From contig OZ076413.1 in the NCBI GenBank assembly GCA_964187785.1, forward strand, positions 43,836,001 through 43,900,000: 64,000 nucleotides of DNA. Reading direction: 5' to 3'. The DNA is from Amphiscolops sp. MND2022 (lineage: Eukaryota). The position numbers and the translations under genes are program-made. This document shows, piece by piece, positions 25,689 to 38,300 of this stretch (positions are counted from its first letter, which is position 1; every line of letters starts with the position of its first letter). The notes under the pieces were generated by a model that did no database searches, was not told the origin of the DNA, and worked only from the letters and a program-made list of their open reading frames with translations.

Positions 25689-27144
25689 AGCCCTAATCCT
25701 ACATAAAACTAATTGGGCCAAATAAAGTTTTGAAAGGCGCGTACAGTCCCGGAAAAACGCATAGGTAACGCAGTTCGTGATATTTTTCTCTAAAAGTTCC
25801 CCAAAAAGAGTGCTGAGGTTACCCAAAAGGAGACCCATTAGGTATAAAGATAGTGCTTTCTCATTCGGAAGCAAAAAGGGAAACCACGTAGTGATAAACT
25901 TTGGGAATAGTCGCAGTGCCACAAAAACACAGAGTCAATCCCAGAAGGTGATTCGAGATCATCATTCAATTTTGAACTTTTCCTTGACATAACACAAAAA
26001 AATCAAACAACGAAAAGCTTTGTTTCTTGAACTCGATAAAATTATCTCAATTCCGAGAAAGCAAATAGTTGGCCCGATAGGCTTGAAAAACGTATTTTCG
26101 TAACTGGAAACAAACAACTAACAGCTTGAAATGGGGGCTCTTTCATGGCTCAAAGAGAGCTGTCTTCATTGACGAGAACTACCTTTGGAACAATTTTCCA
26201 CAACTGAAAACAAAAAACGTTACTTCGTAGACAAAAATAATTCTGAAAAAATGTTAAAACTGCTCAACTTACTCGAGAAAAAAGGTCCCCTTAAGTTCTC
26301 TAAGTTCGTAAAACATTGTTGATCAAGAAACCGAATTCTGACTTGACAATTTTAACCACTGTAAGACTGAAACATAGTTTTTTTCTGCAACTACTTCGAA
26401 AAACTCTGCTGTTTTCTGCAAACGCTTACTGTTCTGTTGAAAAATCTGGGTTCTTGGTGATATAACAAAGGAAAGTCAAACGTGAAATTTTTCGGCATCA
26501 AGACAAACGTCATTAAAACACGTGTCAATCGGTAAACTTCCAAAAATCTTAGTTTCTTAATCCATTTACTAGGTGTTTTCAATAATGTGAAACGAATTAA
26601 ATTTTAGACAGTCAGCGATATCTCAATTTCACGCAATTGATGCACAAATGATTGACAATGTATTTCATGTATTCTTACTTCACACTCCAAATTGGAAACT
26701 GGACCATAAGAACTTTTTACTCAATTAAAAACACTCAATTCATTTGCCACCTTCGTCTTTCAAGCAGCAGATGGTGGGTTCGAAGTTTACAAACTCGATT
26801 ATTTCAATCTCAACTACTGTATACTAAATCTACATTCTTTGAAACACTCATGAAGTTTTTTCATGTTTCAGCTTAAGGTGAGGAACCTTCTGTAAGGTGT
26901 GGAAATAACTTTACTATGTTACGTTGTTTTGGCTAGTCCTACTTAATCGGCGTTCTTCGCAATCCTTCCTTTTAACACCTTATCGTCCACATTTGATCTT
27001 ATTGTCAAAACCTAGCTTTGTCGCAACATTGTTCGAAAGTGCGAATACCAGTGACTATTTTATTCTCCAGATTACAACGATCACCCTAAATAGGCAAATT
27101 TTCAACACTTTCCGCTCAAAACCTCAAGACTACTCAAAGCAACC

Positions 27145-28190
27145 ATAGTGTTGACAAAATGTCACTGAACACCTCGAAATGTGAAACCATGTCATTTGGT
27201 AACAACTATCAAAATACGCTCACAGTTCAAAACGAAGCCATGCCACGAAACACATGCTGTAAGTATTTGGGTGTGTTGATTGACTCGAAGTTGACTTACA
27301 GAGATCATATTATTTACGTTGTAAAGAAGCTCAATAAATTTTGCGGCCTGATATATAGAGTTCGGGATATCTATCCAATAAAATGTCTATTGTTGTTTTA
27401 TAATGCGTATGCTAAGTCTGTATTTTGCTATGGACTATTGGTTTATGGGAGAGCGGCGAAAACGAACCTTACCAAAATTGAAATGGCACAGAGGAGAATT
27501 ATCAGAGCTATTTTATTCAAAAAGAAGTTTGACAGCTTGCAAAACATTCTGCACCAAACCACTTTAAATACAGTTTTTGAATTGTTCATTCAGGATGTAT
27601 TTCGAGAAATCTTTAATCAACTGAGATCTAATGGTACATCGAAACTTTCGAAACTCATTGCTGAATGGAAACAACGAAAAACGCGAGGATCGATAAAAGG
27701 CCTCTTACCAATACCCTACAGCCGAACGAAAAGTAAATCGAAGTCAGTTGAGCATACACTCATCAAAGGCTACAACTGGTTATTGTAAACGGATTTAATG
27801 CCTGGTAATATCGAAACCATGACCCAAACGCAAATAAAACGTACCTGAAAAATCTAAATAGGCTATATATTACAGATAGTAGTGAACTTTTTGCTTTGTT
27901 TTTCCAATGATAAGGTCAGTCGCTGAAATTGAATCACAGCCGAAAAATTTATTATTCACATTAGTTGATCAATAAAGGATAAAAGCTTTATTGTGTGAGA
28001 TAAAGAGACTTCTGAAAAAGGAAGGTTAGATATGAGTTGGTCTGAATTTGGTTCTCTCTTATACAGGGCAAAAACTCGAAGAGCTGATTATGCTCCTTTT
28101 TTGTCCTGCTTGAACGTTTATTTTAGTCTTTTCATAATTATGTTGGATTATGTAATTGTTCAAGAAAAATAAACTTTCAGAACTTTCAGT
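27145..28190 (+). mobile_element. 5'-truncated CR1/L2-type LINE (C-terminal end of ORF2)
   Basis: ORF 27159-27788 has LN.SKCE.M.F, KYLGVLIDSKLTY..HI, LL.FYNAY..S...YG..VYG and Q.RI.R motifs. AATAAA is followed by a tandem AACTTTCAG tail at ~28168-28190. Confidence 0.85.
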
Positions 28191-29332
28191 GTCTCCAAAT
28201 TTATTGTGGCACTGAATCGAGTGGCTGATGCAATACAAAACTCACATGCAAGTTGCGATAATGAAGTCATTTCAAATTTTTACTCAAATCAACTTTTATG
28301 TGACCATAAATATAAAATGTTAAAAAGGACGATTAACGAACAGTTCGGCTCTGCAGGTCTTTGCCGAGAACCCAGGAAAATTTTTGAAAGCAAGATTTCT
28401 ATCAACGCTACGAACTGCTCCTGCCAATAACTACTTTTTTAGAACCATGTTTTACTTAAAGATGTCAAGTTAGTTTTGCTCGTTTTTAGAAAAATTAATT
28501 TTGTGGATATTAGCTATAAATCATTTATCCAGTTGTACTTTCGACAGTAACTTCTAAGGATCCTTGCTTCAACTTTGTACACCTATATGCTCCTTGGTTT
28601 GTTGATGCGCTACTGTTGACATGCAAATATTTTTCGATGCTATTGAATGTCAGTTTCACGAGATGTTTCATGTCCAAGATAAGATTCAGCTCCTTTCGCC
28701 TAGGGCTTTAATCGACCATTATTGCCTTCTCAATTTCCACGTTTTCCTTAGCCTCTTGTTTCGTTCATTCCACGATTAACTGCGTCAAATATTTTTGCCG
28801 CTTTTCCACGCTCAAAGTTTTCGTCTTTATAAGTATAATCAAAGACTGTTGAACTTGATGCGGGGTTCCGGCTTGATATATTCCCTTGTTCGGCATTCGG
28901 TTGCGCTGAAAAGTTGAATTTACTTTCATAATCCACAACAATTACAAGCATATTTCAAGAAAAATCAAAAATCAATTAAAGACATTCTCTGATCTAGTCT
29001 TTCCGGCGAGCTGGTTTAAAAAGTTTCCCTAAATTTATATAAAATTTGAGAGCTAATTCGCGACTTCCAATAACGAGCCATACTCCTGAGACATGGGGCA
29101 TTCCATATTCACAGAAATTTTATTTTGGGCCACGCATTGTATCTACTTCACATTGTTTGCCTTGGGTTTTGTCAAACTATTGGTGGTACAAAAACTCGAG
29201 AAGTACAATGGAATCATTTTTAAATAATTGATAAATTAAAGTTAAATTAGCACCATAAGCAGATAATTTGACATCAGTTGAACGATGAATAGATGAAAAG
29301 AGAACGCTTTTGTGTTCTTGAAGAGAACTTTT

Positions 29333-32300
29333 TCACTTTAAGTCTCTCTGGAAAAACTCATTGATCATGTCTTCGGTATAGAGTGTGTTTAAGCTAGGGG
29401 AATAACATAGATGCAACAATTCCAGATGTCTGGCATGGTTTTTCAAGAACTGGCGCTGGATTGCACCCCATACTAAAGATGTCATGGACTCGGGACCGTC
29501 ACTGGAGAGGTTTTTGGACACTCTGCGGAACAGAGCTCTGATACCAGTTTCTACTTCTTTCGGGGTGTATTGACCAATTTGACGCTTCATTTCTTGTAGA
29601 GAAAGAGACTGGACAAATTTGATGTTCTCGGCTTTCATGCCATCCTCTAGTTTGTCCTCGATGTCGTCAAAAAGTTGCTGAAATCGATCACAATCTAGTT
29701 TTGAGTACGTTTGTAATCTAGTTTTCTGAAGGAGCAAAAACCTTTCAGCCAAATTGATAGAAATCTCCGTAATCATACAGTTTCTGCAGAAAATAACGAG
29801 TAGGTCACCGAACTATTAAGCATGAACAATTATTTTCCATCCATTTTCCAATTCGGTGTACAGAACCGTTTCGTTCTCCACTTGAACTATAATCACCTTA
29901 ACTTTGATCGAAGCCTCTACAAAGTTTCATAACAAAAATTACGAGGTGATAAAATAGTTTGATCAGCTTGTAAACCTCGGAAAGGCTCAAAACAAATAAT
30001 TTGAAGTGGTATTTAAAAATGTGCAAATAGCTTCCGCATTATTATGAAAATAGGCCCCTCCGGGGCTCAGTACTATTTCTGCTTTAATCTTTATTTTTTT
30101 GAAACAAAAAAAATCATTAATAAAAGAATCATATCTGGAATACCAATAAACTCTTGTTTAATCATTATTTAGCGCACAATTACATGGAATTACTGTACAA
30201 GTTTACACCGCCTTTAATTCTTCTCGGACTAAAGAAAATATAACTACTAAGCGTAGACGAAGTTTCGCATTCGCATTTGAATGCAGGCGAAGCTCTCAAC
30301 GAACGAATAATTAACACTCATTCGCTTCATCTCAATAACTCGGGGCAACGAAAGCACAATTACGAACATTCGCTCGCTTCATCTCAATGACGTCAGCATA
30401 CGAATGGATAATTACCACTCGCTCGTTCCATCGCACTAGAATTGAATTTAAATCTCTCGCTTACACTCACTGCCGAACAAAATATCTGAATTATTCAGAT
30501 CGTCCGAAAAATTGTTCTGAAAAAAAAGTAGACGCTTCCAGATTTCAATAATATTCCTGCTAAAGCGGAAATATTAAAAATAAATAATCCACAACTCCTT
30601 GAATCCAAAAATTTTCAATGATAGTGTCAAATAGGAAGAATATCACCCCAGCAACGATCTTTAGAAACCTCAAACTTACCTTCAGTGATAGGATAGGGGC
30701 ACCCACGTATGAATCCACGTACAAGGCCAAATTCTCTTGGTAGTACCTTTTCGTTTCAGCAGTCAACTCAGACAACTCTTGAACTTTGAACCATCGCAAG
30801 AAATCTTGCAACACCTTGAAATTTTCTAAAGCAATGAAAACTCATTATTGTTAGAACTCTTTCAGGAAAACTACTTCTAACAAACAAGCCGAGGATAGCA
30901 TAATTCGCCCCCCGCTCAACGCCCGAAAAGAGCATAGGTTTTGGAAACCGTCAAGGAACGTTCGAAAACATTCTCAAACTCTTTGGTTTTTAGATAATTT
31001 TTTGTGAGGAACTGGGAACCCTTTTGTGAAATGGAAATTTTCCCCAAAAAAAGTCGCACGGTGCCGAAAAAGCCCAAACTGTATCCTTCGCAATCCGAAT
31101 AAGTTTATCAAACTACGATAGGGTAGTCAAATTTCAGTCAAATTTCAATTCATAAAGCGCCAACTACTTAAGACAGCTCGAAAAATGGGCGCGATGACAG
31201 TCAACAAACAAACGAGGTCTCTATCGCCGCCCCGTGATTCACGAAAACAGCGCATACAGTTGAACTCAACCTGTGTATCAACTCAAATACTCAATAAAAA
31301 TAGTTTTCAGACGACTCCGCCTGAAATATTTTTCCGGTGCCGTCAAGTTTTTATCCAGCGGACTCTACTGTATTTTTCATCGTCGATAATAAAAGTATAC
31401 GTTATATTGTTTATTGGCTTATTTTTCAAAGAGTACTTCGCTAATGACAGTTCAAAGCCAATCAACAGATTATTTTTAGACAACTTAGCCGAATAGATGC
31501 TCAAGATGAGAATTTGACTGACCTAATTTGATAACCTCGGCGGGTGACCTTTCATCGTCTTGCACCTGGTTGACCTTTCTGACCAACACAGAGAGCAATC
31601 TGTACATCTTGATAAACATGAACTTGCTGTTTGAACAATTCTCGAACAAGTTTTTCGTCTCCCTCGCAAATTGCTGAAACGTCATCATTTTGTCGAAATC
31701 AAAAAATATCGATTGGTTACAGTGTTTTTCATGTCATTGGTATTTAGCGATGAAACTATCCAATCTAAATAGCATAAACAGACCAATTGCAACTTACAAT
31801 GAATTGATTGACGAACAATAACGTTCCACTGTTCTTCGGGCGCAGAAGTTTCGACTGTTCTATCATGTCTTCCATGTTGTTCTAAACAAACCATCAAAAT
31901 GAATTTGTAGTTTTCACACTTGCAAACGTCGAAAACTTAAAAAAGTATAACAAATCAGTATAAAAAAGCTGTAATCGCAATTACTAGGAAACTAGTATAT
32001 TTTGATCAGATCGATTCCTATGAGCAATTTGAAACACGAATCGATGAGCTACAAAGATGATTGAATTAGCAGCGGAAAGGTTGGCTCAACTGTTTTGTGC
32101 GCTTTGTAAATCCCATGCCATCGAGTGATAGGATAGGGTATGATAGGATGCTTACGAAGTAAGAGTTAAGGTATCCCTTGCTGCAGTTGAGCAGATCTGC
32201 GATGACCAGTTCGGCGAACAAAGGGTCGTTGAATTCACGCACATCTGAGTACTGTTGCTGTCGGTTGAACAACTCCGTTTGGATGAAGAGAATGTTGCTG

Positions 32301-35300
32301 AAACACGGTCCCTCATTTGGTCACACAACACAAGGTTTGACATCGCTAACAATCGCTTATCGCTCAACCCTAGTTCGCTGGAAAATACTTTACTCCGAAC
32401 TATCATAGTAAAAGAAAACAAGCCGGGACAGGCCCAAGTCGGCGCCATATCCAAGGCTCAAAAATAGCAAAAAGACTTCCAAGTGTCAAGTATTCTCTTT
32501 TAGAGTACTCGAAAATCGAAAATTTTTCGAAAAAAACTGGACCGAGTGGCGCGCTAAAGTCTCACAATGCCGAAAAACAGAAAGGGGGAACCCTTTGAGG
32601 TTTTTCAACATCCATTCTGTCGCAAAACATGAAAAAATTGAAGAAAACAAAAAATTATTTTCGGGAAAAAAATCTCAAAATGCCGAAAAAAACTGAAAGG
32701 GGGGACCCTTTGGAATTTTTCAACATCCGTTCTGTCGCAAAACATCAAAAAAATGCTGGGGGAACCTTTGGGGAAAATTTTTTTTCGAAAAAAAAGTCTC
32801 GCAGTGCCGAGAAAAAATGAAAGGGGGGACCCTTTGGTCTCGCCCGGTATGGTATGTTACGCGGAAAAACAGGAAAAACCTTTTTGGTTCAGTTCGCTAG
32901 GCCAAATAGTGCAATTTGGTGCAATAATATTTTGTAGAACTTTTAGGAACTATTTTGGTCAGTTCGTGTGGATAGAAAAAAAGTCACTATAATAGTCGCG
33001 TTTCACTTCATGAAGCGCCGACTAAAAAGCATGCAACGAAATACATAGAATATACAATTGGCTTTCGTGTTATCAAAAGGTTGTATTATTGTTCACATTG
33101 TGTTCAATTGTACATATTGTTTATGGGGTTTTAGAAAATGAGAAAACTCTCAAAACGGAGTTTCAAAACATGAAAAAATTAGATTTTAGTTGATTTTTCA
33201 CTATTCGTGTCAAAACAAGACATAACGAACTTTGGTAATGCATTGCTTTCCAATAATACGTATATGCCGAAGAAAGGCAACTAACGCCGGGTTTTTGATG
33301 TAGCATTCTCCGATGAGTTGTTGGGTAGCTTCGACGAAACACTTGAACAAGTTTTTCAGTGCCTCTCTGAAACCAAAACAAACATTGGACTTAGTGTAAA
33401 TTTTTTATGGAACTACTCAAGTCGATAAGCTATTATTACAGGAAATTGGGAAGCTGATGCGTGAAAAACAAAATGCAAAATGATGATGAAATTGATTTTA
33501 ATTTTGCAAGCTTGAAGTTGCAGAGAAATTCATATTTTGCAATAATGTGGTACAGTTTGCTCGCAAGTGGCATGAAAAGTAATTTCTATAGAAACGCAAT
33601 GAATTTCTCATAACTTGTTAACAATCGTGCCGGTAACAAATTGGGTAATATTTTCAAATTTTATTGCAGTAGTGGAAAATGCAGTGTAATTCTACAAAAT
33701 TTACTGCCGCAACCTCACTGAATATTCTAGGTTTTATGAAAAGAAACCCTGCTTGCAGGCCTGCAGCATGTAAGTTCCAGCAGTTTCGACTAGGGTCAGT
33801 GTTGATCGTTTAAATGAACAAGCGTTTAAACGCCGATGAAAAATATAAACACTATCTAAACGCTCGCGAAGAAACGGGGGCAAAAGATTTTCAATCAATC
33901 AAATTGAATTTCACATTTAATTTGATCAATTCATAGGAAAAACGATCTTTTTTATGGAATCCACGGACAAGCTGCAACGACGCCCCTCTGAGAGTAACGC
34001 CAAGATGACTCGTAACAGACGATGTTTATCTCACTTATATTTAAAGCTAGAAGTGTGAGTTGCGAACATGGTCTGTGTGAAGTCATCATTGGAAAAGGGC
34101 GTTTCAAGCAAATGTTAAATTCATAATTTCAAGACAATTCGGGTAATTAACCAGTGTTTAAACGCTGAGCGTTTCAACGCTAGCCACTTTATTTTCCTTT
34201 AAACACTCGAAATAGTTTAAACGCCGGTTAAAAATGACTTTCGTGGACACAGCTTCAAATAGAATCAAAAGCAAAATAACCTTTTCAGTTGTGTATTATT
34301 TCTACTAGAGTGGGACTGCTGCAAAGAGCTAGAGTTGAAGGAAGTCCCATCGAATGAAGTATCATGACCACTGATCTAAATCAATAGATGGTGTTATGGT
34401 TTCACTATTAAAGACACTAAAGCCGCCAACGGCCCAAATAGGCGGTCCACGAAAAGCTCGATGAGAGCAAAGTATATTAAATATACAAAGCGGTTGTGTC
34501 TGGCAAAACTTTAAAAACGACAAAAAGCTATTACAATATTCATTGCATTGGGTTTTGCAAACAATTCATAAGGTTACGCTAAGCCAAGACGTTTGAAGAC
34601 TCATGAGGTCGTTACAAAGATACTTCTTGGTAACATATCCAGAAAATGATGTCAACTTACCATGCTTTTATCATCCTCTTCTGTCAGCGATTGCTGAAAA
34701 AACAACCAAAACATTGAATGAATTATGTCTTAGAACGATTGTTATTAGCAAGTTGTAGAGACAACTAACGTTCTCAGACTTGTAGTTGTCGCAATTAGAG
34801 AGTCCAAAGAAATCACACAGAAAAGAATCCTCAGCGTTGTAAGCTTCGTAAATCTGGTCTAAAACTACGTTCAAAACCTGAAACACAAGTCACAGTAACA
34901 AGACGAGAACGTCTAAAATCGGCGCTATATCTAAGGCTCAAAGTGCAAAACATTTAAAAACTTGAAATTTTTTTCTTTCGGAAAATGTCGCATAGTGCCG
35001 AAAAATGTGAAAGCGGGGACCCTTTTGGATTTATTTACATTCTGTTGCAAAATATCAAAAAACTCGAAGGGGTACCCTTTGGGGATATTAAAAAATTCTC
35101 GAAAAAAGTCACAGTGCCAAAAAAATCGAAAGGGGACCCTTTAGTCTCGTCCGGTTTTGTAGGTTACGTTAAAAAAGTAAAAAATGAAAGGGCGACCCTT
35201 TGCACTAAGTTTGCCTTGACCGGACTTGGCCTGAGTAGTTTAAGTAGTTTCTGTAGAAAATGGACCGATCAGTATGAGGTCTGTGGTCTGAAGAAAAAAA

Positions 35301-38300
35301 GAAGGTCAGTGTAAGAGTCGGGCATTTTTCCTTAAAAGGAAAAAAACGCCAACTAAAAACAGCTTTGTCTGGATAAATTCTCGGATGCCATTTGATAACT
35401 AATTCTATTGTGACGTTTTTTTTTGCAAAATTTCAACGCTAAAAAACGTTTTCAACGAACAACTTAACAGCTCTGGCAGTAGCTAACAACTTTCGCAAAT
35501 TAATGCAAAGCGGTTTGTATTCAAAAGTGGAAGCCAATCAAATTCACATAGAATCAACTGTTATTTTCATGAATATTTCACAATTATAACTCTGAATTGT
35601 TGAATTTTCGAAAAGGATGTAGAAATTTAGGGTTTGAAAGGTCTTTCCTAGGTAAGAGTGTCAATTGTTATGGAATTCCTTAATTCGACAAAGTTTTCGC
35701 GTTCGGTAATCCTGTTTTTTTTTTTAAAATTTTTGATAGCATCTTTTTTTTCTATAGAAATCAAACTGATCATACAGGTGTTACCAAAAATTATTGATTT
35801 CCAGTGGTTAAAAAACTAATTTAGCATCGATGTGGTGTAACCATATTGGTTTAAAATGGATGCAAAACTGGTTAAAACTTCGCAACAATGTGACACTGAG
35901 AGTGACTGACGTCAATCATGTGAGCACCAATGGTGGATGTGTCGACGGGTGCCTTCCTGGCGTTGGCTTTGGAGATGGTAGCAGTTGCTGCACTCAGTCC
36001 AGACATGGTGGCATCCGACACTGAATGAGCCAGGTTAGACATGGAGCCTAAACACAACCACTACCAGCCATGTATACTCGCAAGTTATTACACTCAGACA
36101 AAACCGACAATCCACAACATGAAAGATGTGTTGGGTGAATAGAACAAAACATGTAGCCAGGGTTTCCCCCTTTAAATGTATAGCATAAAATGCAGGTATA
36201 GTTTAATAGACTATCCGTTTAAATGTCAAAATACATTAGCGACGAATTGAGTTGAACAACGCCGTTTAAACTATGGTATGAAGGTAGCGTCACTTCTGAA
36301 CGATGAAATTCACATCAGATTTCAAAATAGCTTGACTAATCTTTTTTTATAATTCTGCGACTACTTTTATAACGTTCCTGTTAGAGGTGCACCGGATAGG
36401 AAAATTTCCGTCCGGCCGGATAACCGGACAGCACTGATTGAAGCCGGATTTGATTTATCCTCAAATGTAAGCGATGAAAAACTGTTTTCAGAATTGGGCA
36501 ACGAGGATTGCGAAAAACGAAGTTTTTACCTCAGAGCGGTTTTTCCCTCCGCCAAAATTTAATGAATTTAGATTCACAGTCACAAATTCAATTTTTCGAT
36601 GCACATACACTTTTTCTACGTTAGATATTCCGATTATTTAAGATTTTTATTTTAAGATAATAACCGGCCGGACATTGTAAAAAGTCCGGCCGGATACCTG
36701 ACGCATTTTCCTGAAATCCGTCCGGATACCGGACCGGACTTGTTGTCCGGTACAACTTAGTTCCTGTCAAATGTAACGTTCCGAAAACCAAAAAGCCAAA
36801 CGTTTCATGCCGTTTCTGATTTTCGACTTCTAAATTTTCGCAGTTTTCTTCTTCGTATACTTATATGTGATGGTTGGGCTTCTTTGAACAGTTGTACACT
36901 CAAAACCAAGGTTTCAATTGATTATCGAGTTTAAACGCTGCATGTGACAGTCGTATCGGATTAACGGTTAAAAGAAATAACGTTCAAGGCTATTTATTGG
37001 AATGAAAGTCCAAAAAATCAAAAAGTTAAGACCGATTGAAAATTTTGTGGTATGACTCAGCCTCTCTTTTTTCCGTGGCGCTTCGCACCCCTCCAGGTCG
37101 GCCTTTGCCAAGACCCACCGCTAGACCGGTGATGGCATGTCACTCCACTTCGCTTCGCTCCTGCATTTGAACCTCCTCCTAGAGGTATGTGACCACGGCA
37201 GATCATATTGCCTTCTTTGGACGTTATCATTTTAACAAAACTTTTGGACGTTATTTACTGTCCCGGGTTGACAGGTCAAAACAGAATGCATGACTAATGA
37301 AAAGAGTCTGTAGATGCTGAAAATGAAAGCAAAAGAAATGTACTCTGGCTTTCGAAGATGATCAAGAGGAACTTCCAACAATGAGCTAAAGTGGAACAGT
37401 ATAGCACAGGCTTCAAAGGAGCTAGGTATAAAACTTTAAAACCGAACTAGCTCGAAGAAGATAGAGAATATATCAACATAGAAGAGAGGTCAATTGACGA
37501 AAGACAGCGCAAAAATGCTATTGCGAAAATACGATTCAGTCGAGCAAAATACAAAAGATTTATTACAGCTCATCAAAGTCAATGACCAGAACATGAACAC
37601 AAAGCTTGAGGAAATTGTTTTTCTTTGAAGGATTGAACCAATTCCTTGCCCGTTAATCTTATTACAGAAAAAAGTCGTAGATGTTCATGTATAAATGATT
37701 GAACGAAATCAACAATTTCGTTATACGAATTGGAGTACTTTTGAAGTATCTCTTTCCGGCATTTTTGATTCGCACAAATATCTGGGAAATCAAATAGAAT
37801 TTGAAACCGTTAAATTGCTTGATGAACTTCTATTCTAAAATGCATCAAAAATAATCACAGAATTCATGCGCGATATGAAAAAGTTAGATTTTCTCACTGG
37901 CAACTTAACCACGAATTGCCGGAAAAAACTCGATTTGCGCAAAAGGATTTTATACGGAACACAAGGATAAATTATACGTTCATAACATATACGAATTTTC
38001 CAATGTACGATTACACGAAACAAGAGAAATTTGACAATCAATTTAGTGGTACAGGTTCAAAATGAATGAAAAAATAAATTGAATGCACAGATCAATTGGT
38101 TGATGATGCGACACCTGAGATAAATGGTGAGCATTTGGTAAATGAAGATTTGATTCACTTCTTGTGGTAACGAACCGAACATCTGGTTAATAGGGGCACC
38201 CAAATCGACTCCCAGAGCGTAGGCCGAGTAGTAAGGAGCCGCGTAATAGAAAGCTATAAACCAACCAAGCTATCACTTTAAATTATGACTATATTACTAG

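Noticed and set aside
29678..29776. N-terminal part of ORF 29333-29776 as a stand-alone gene
   Set aside because: It is intronic read-through. Similarity to EXOC1 starts at the TTTCAG acceptor (29677).
37290..38060. Possible decayed non-LTR retrotransposon (KYLG-like fragment)
   Set aside because: Too degenerate to support by eye.
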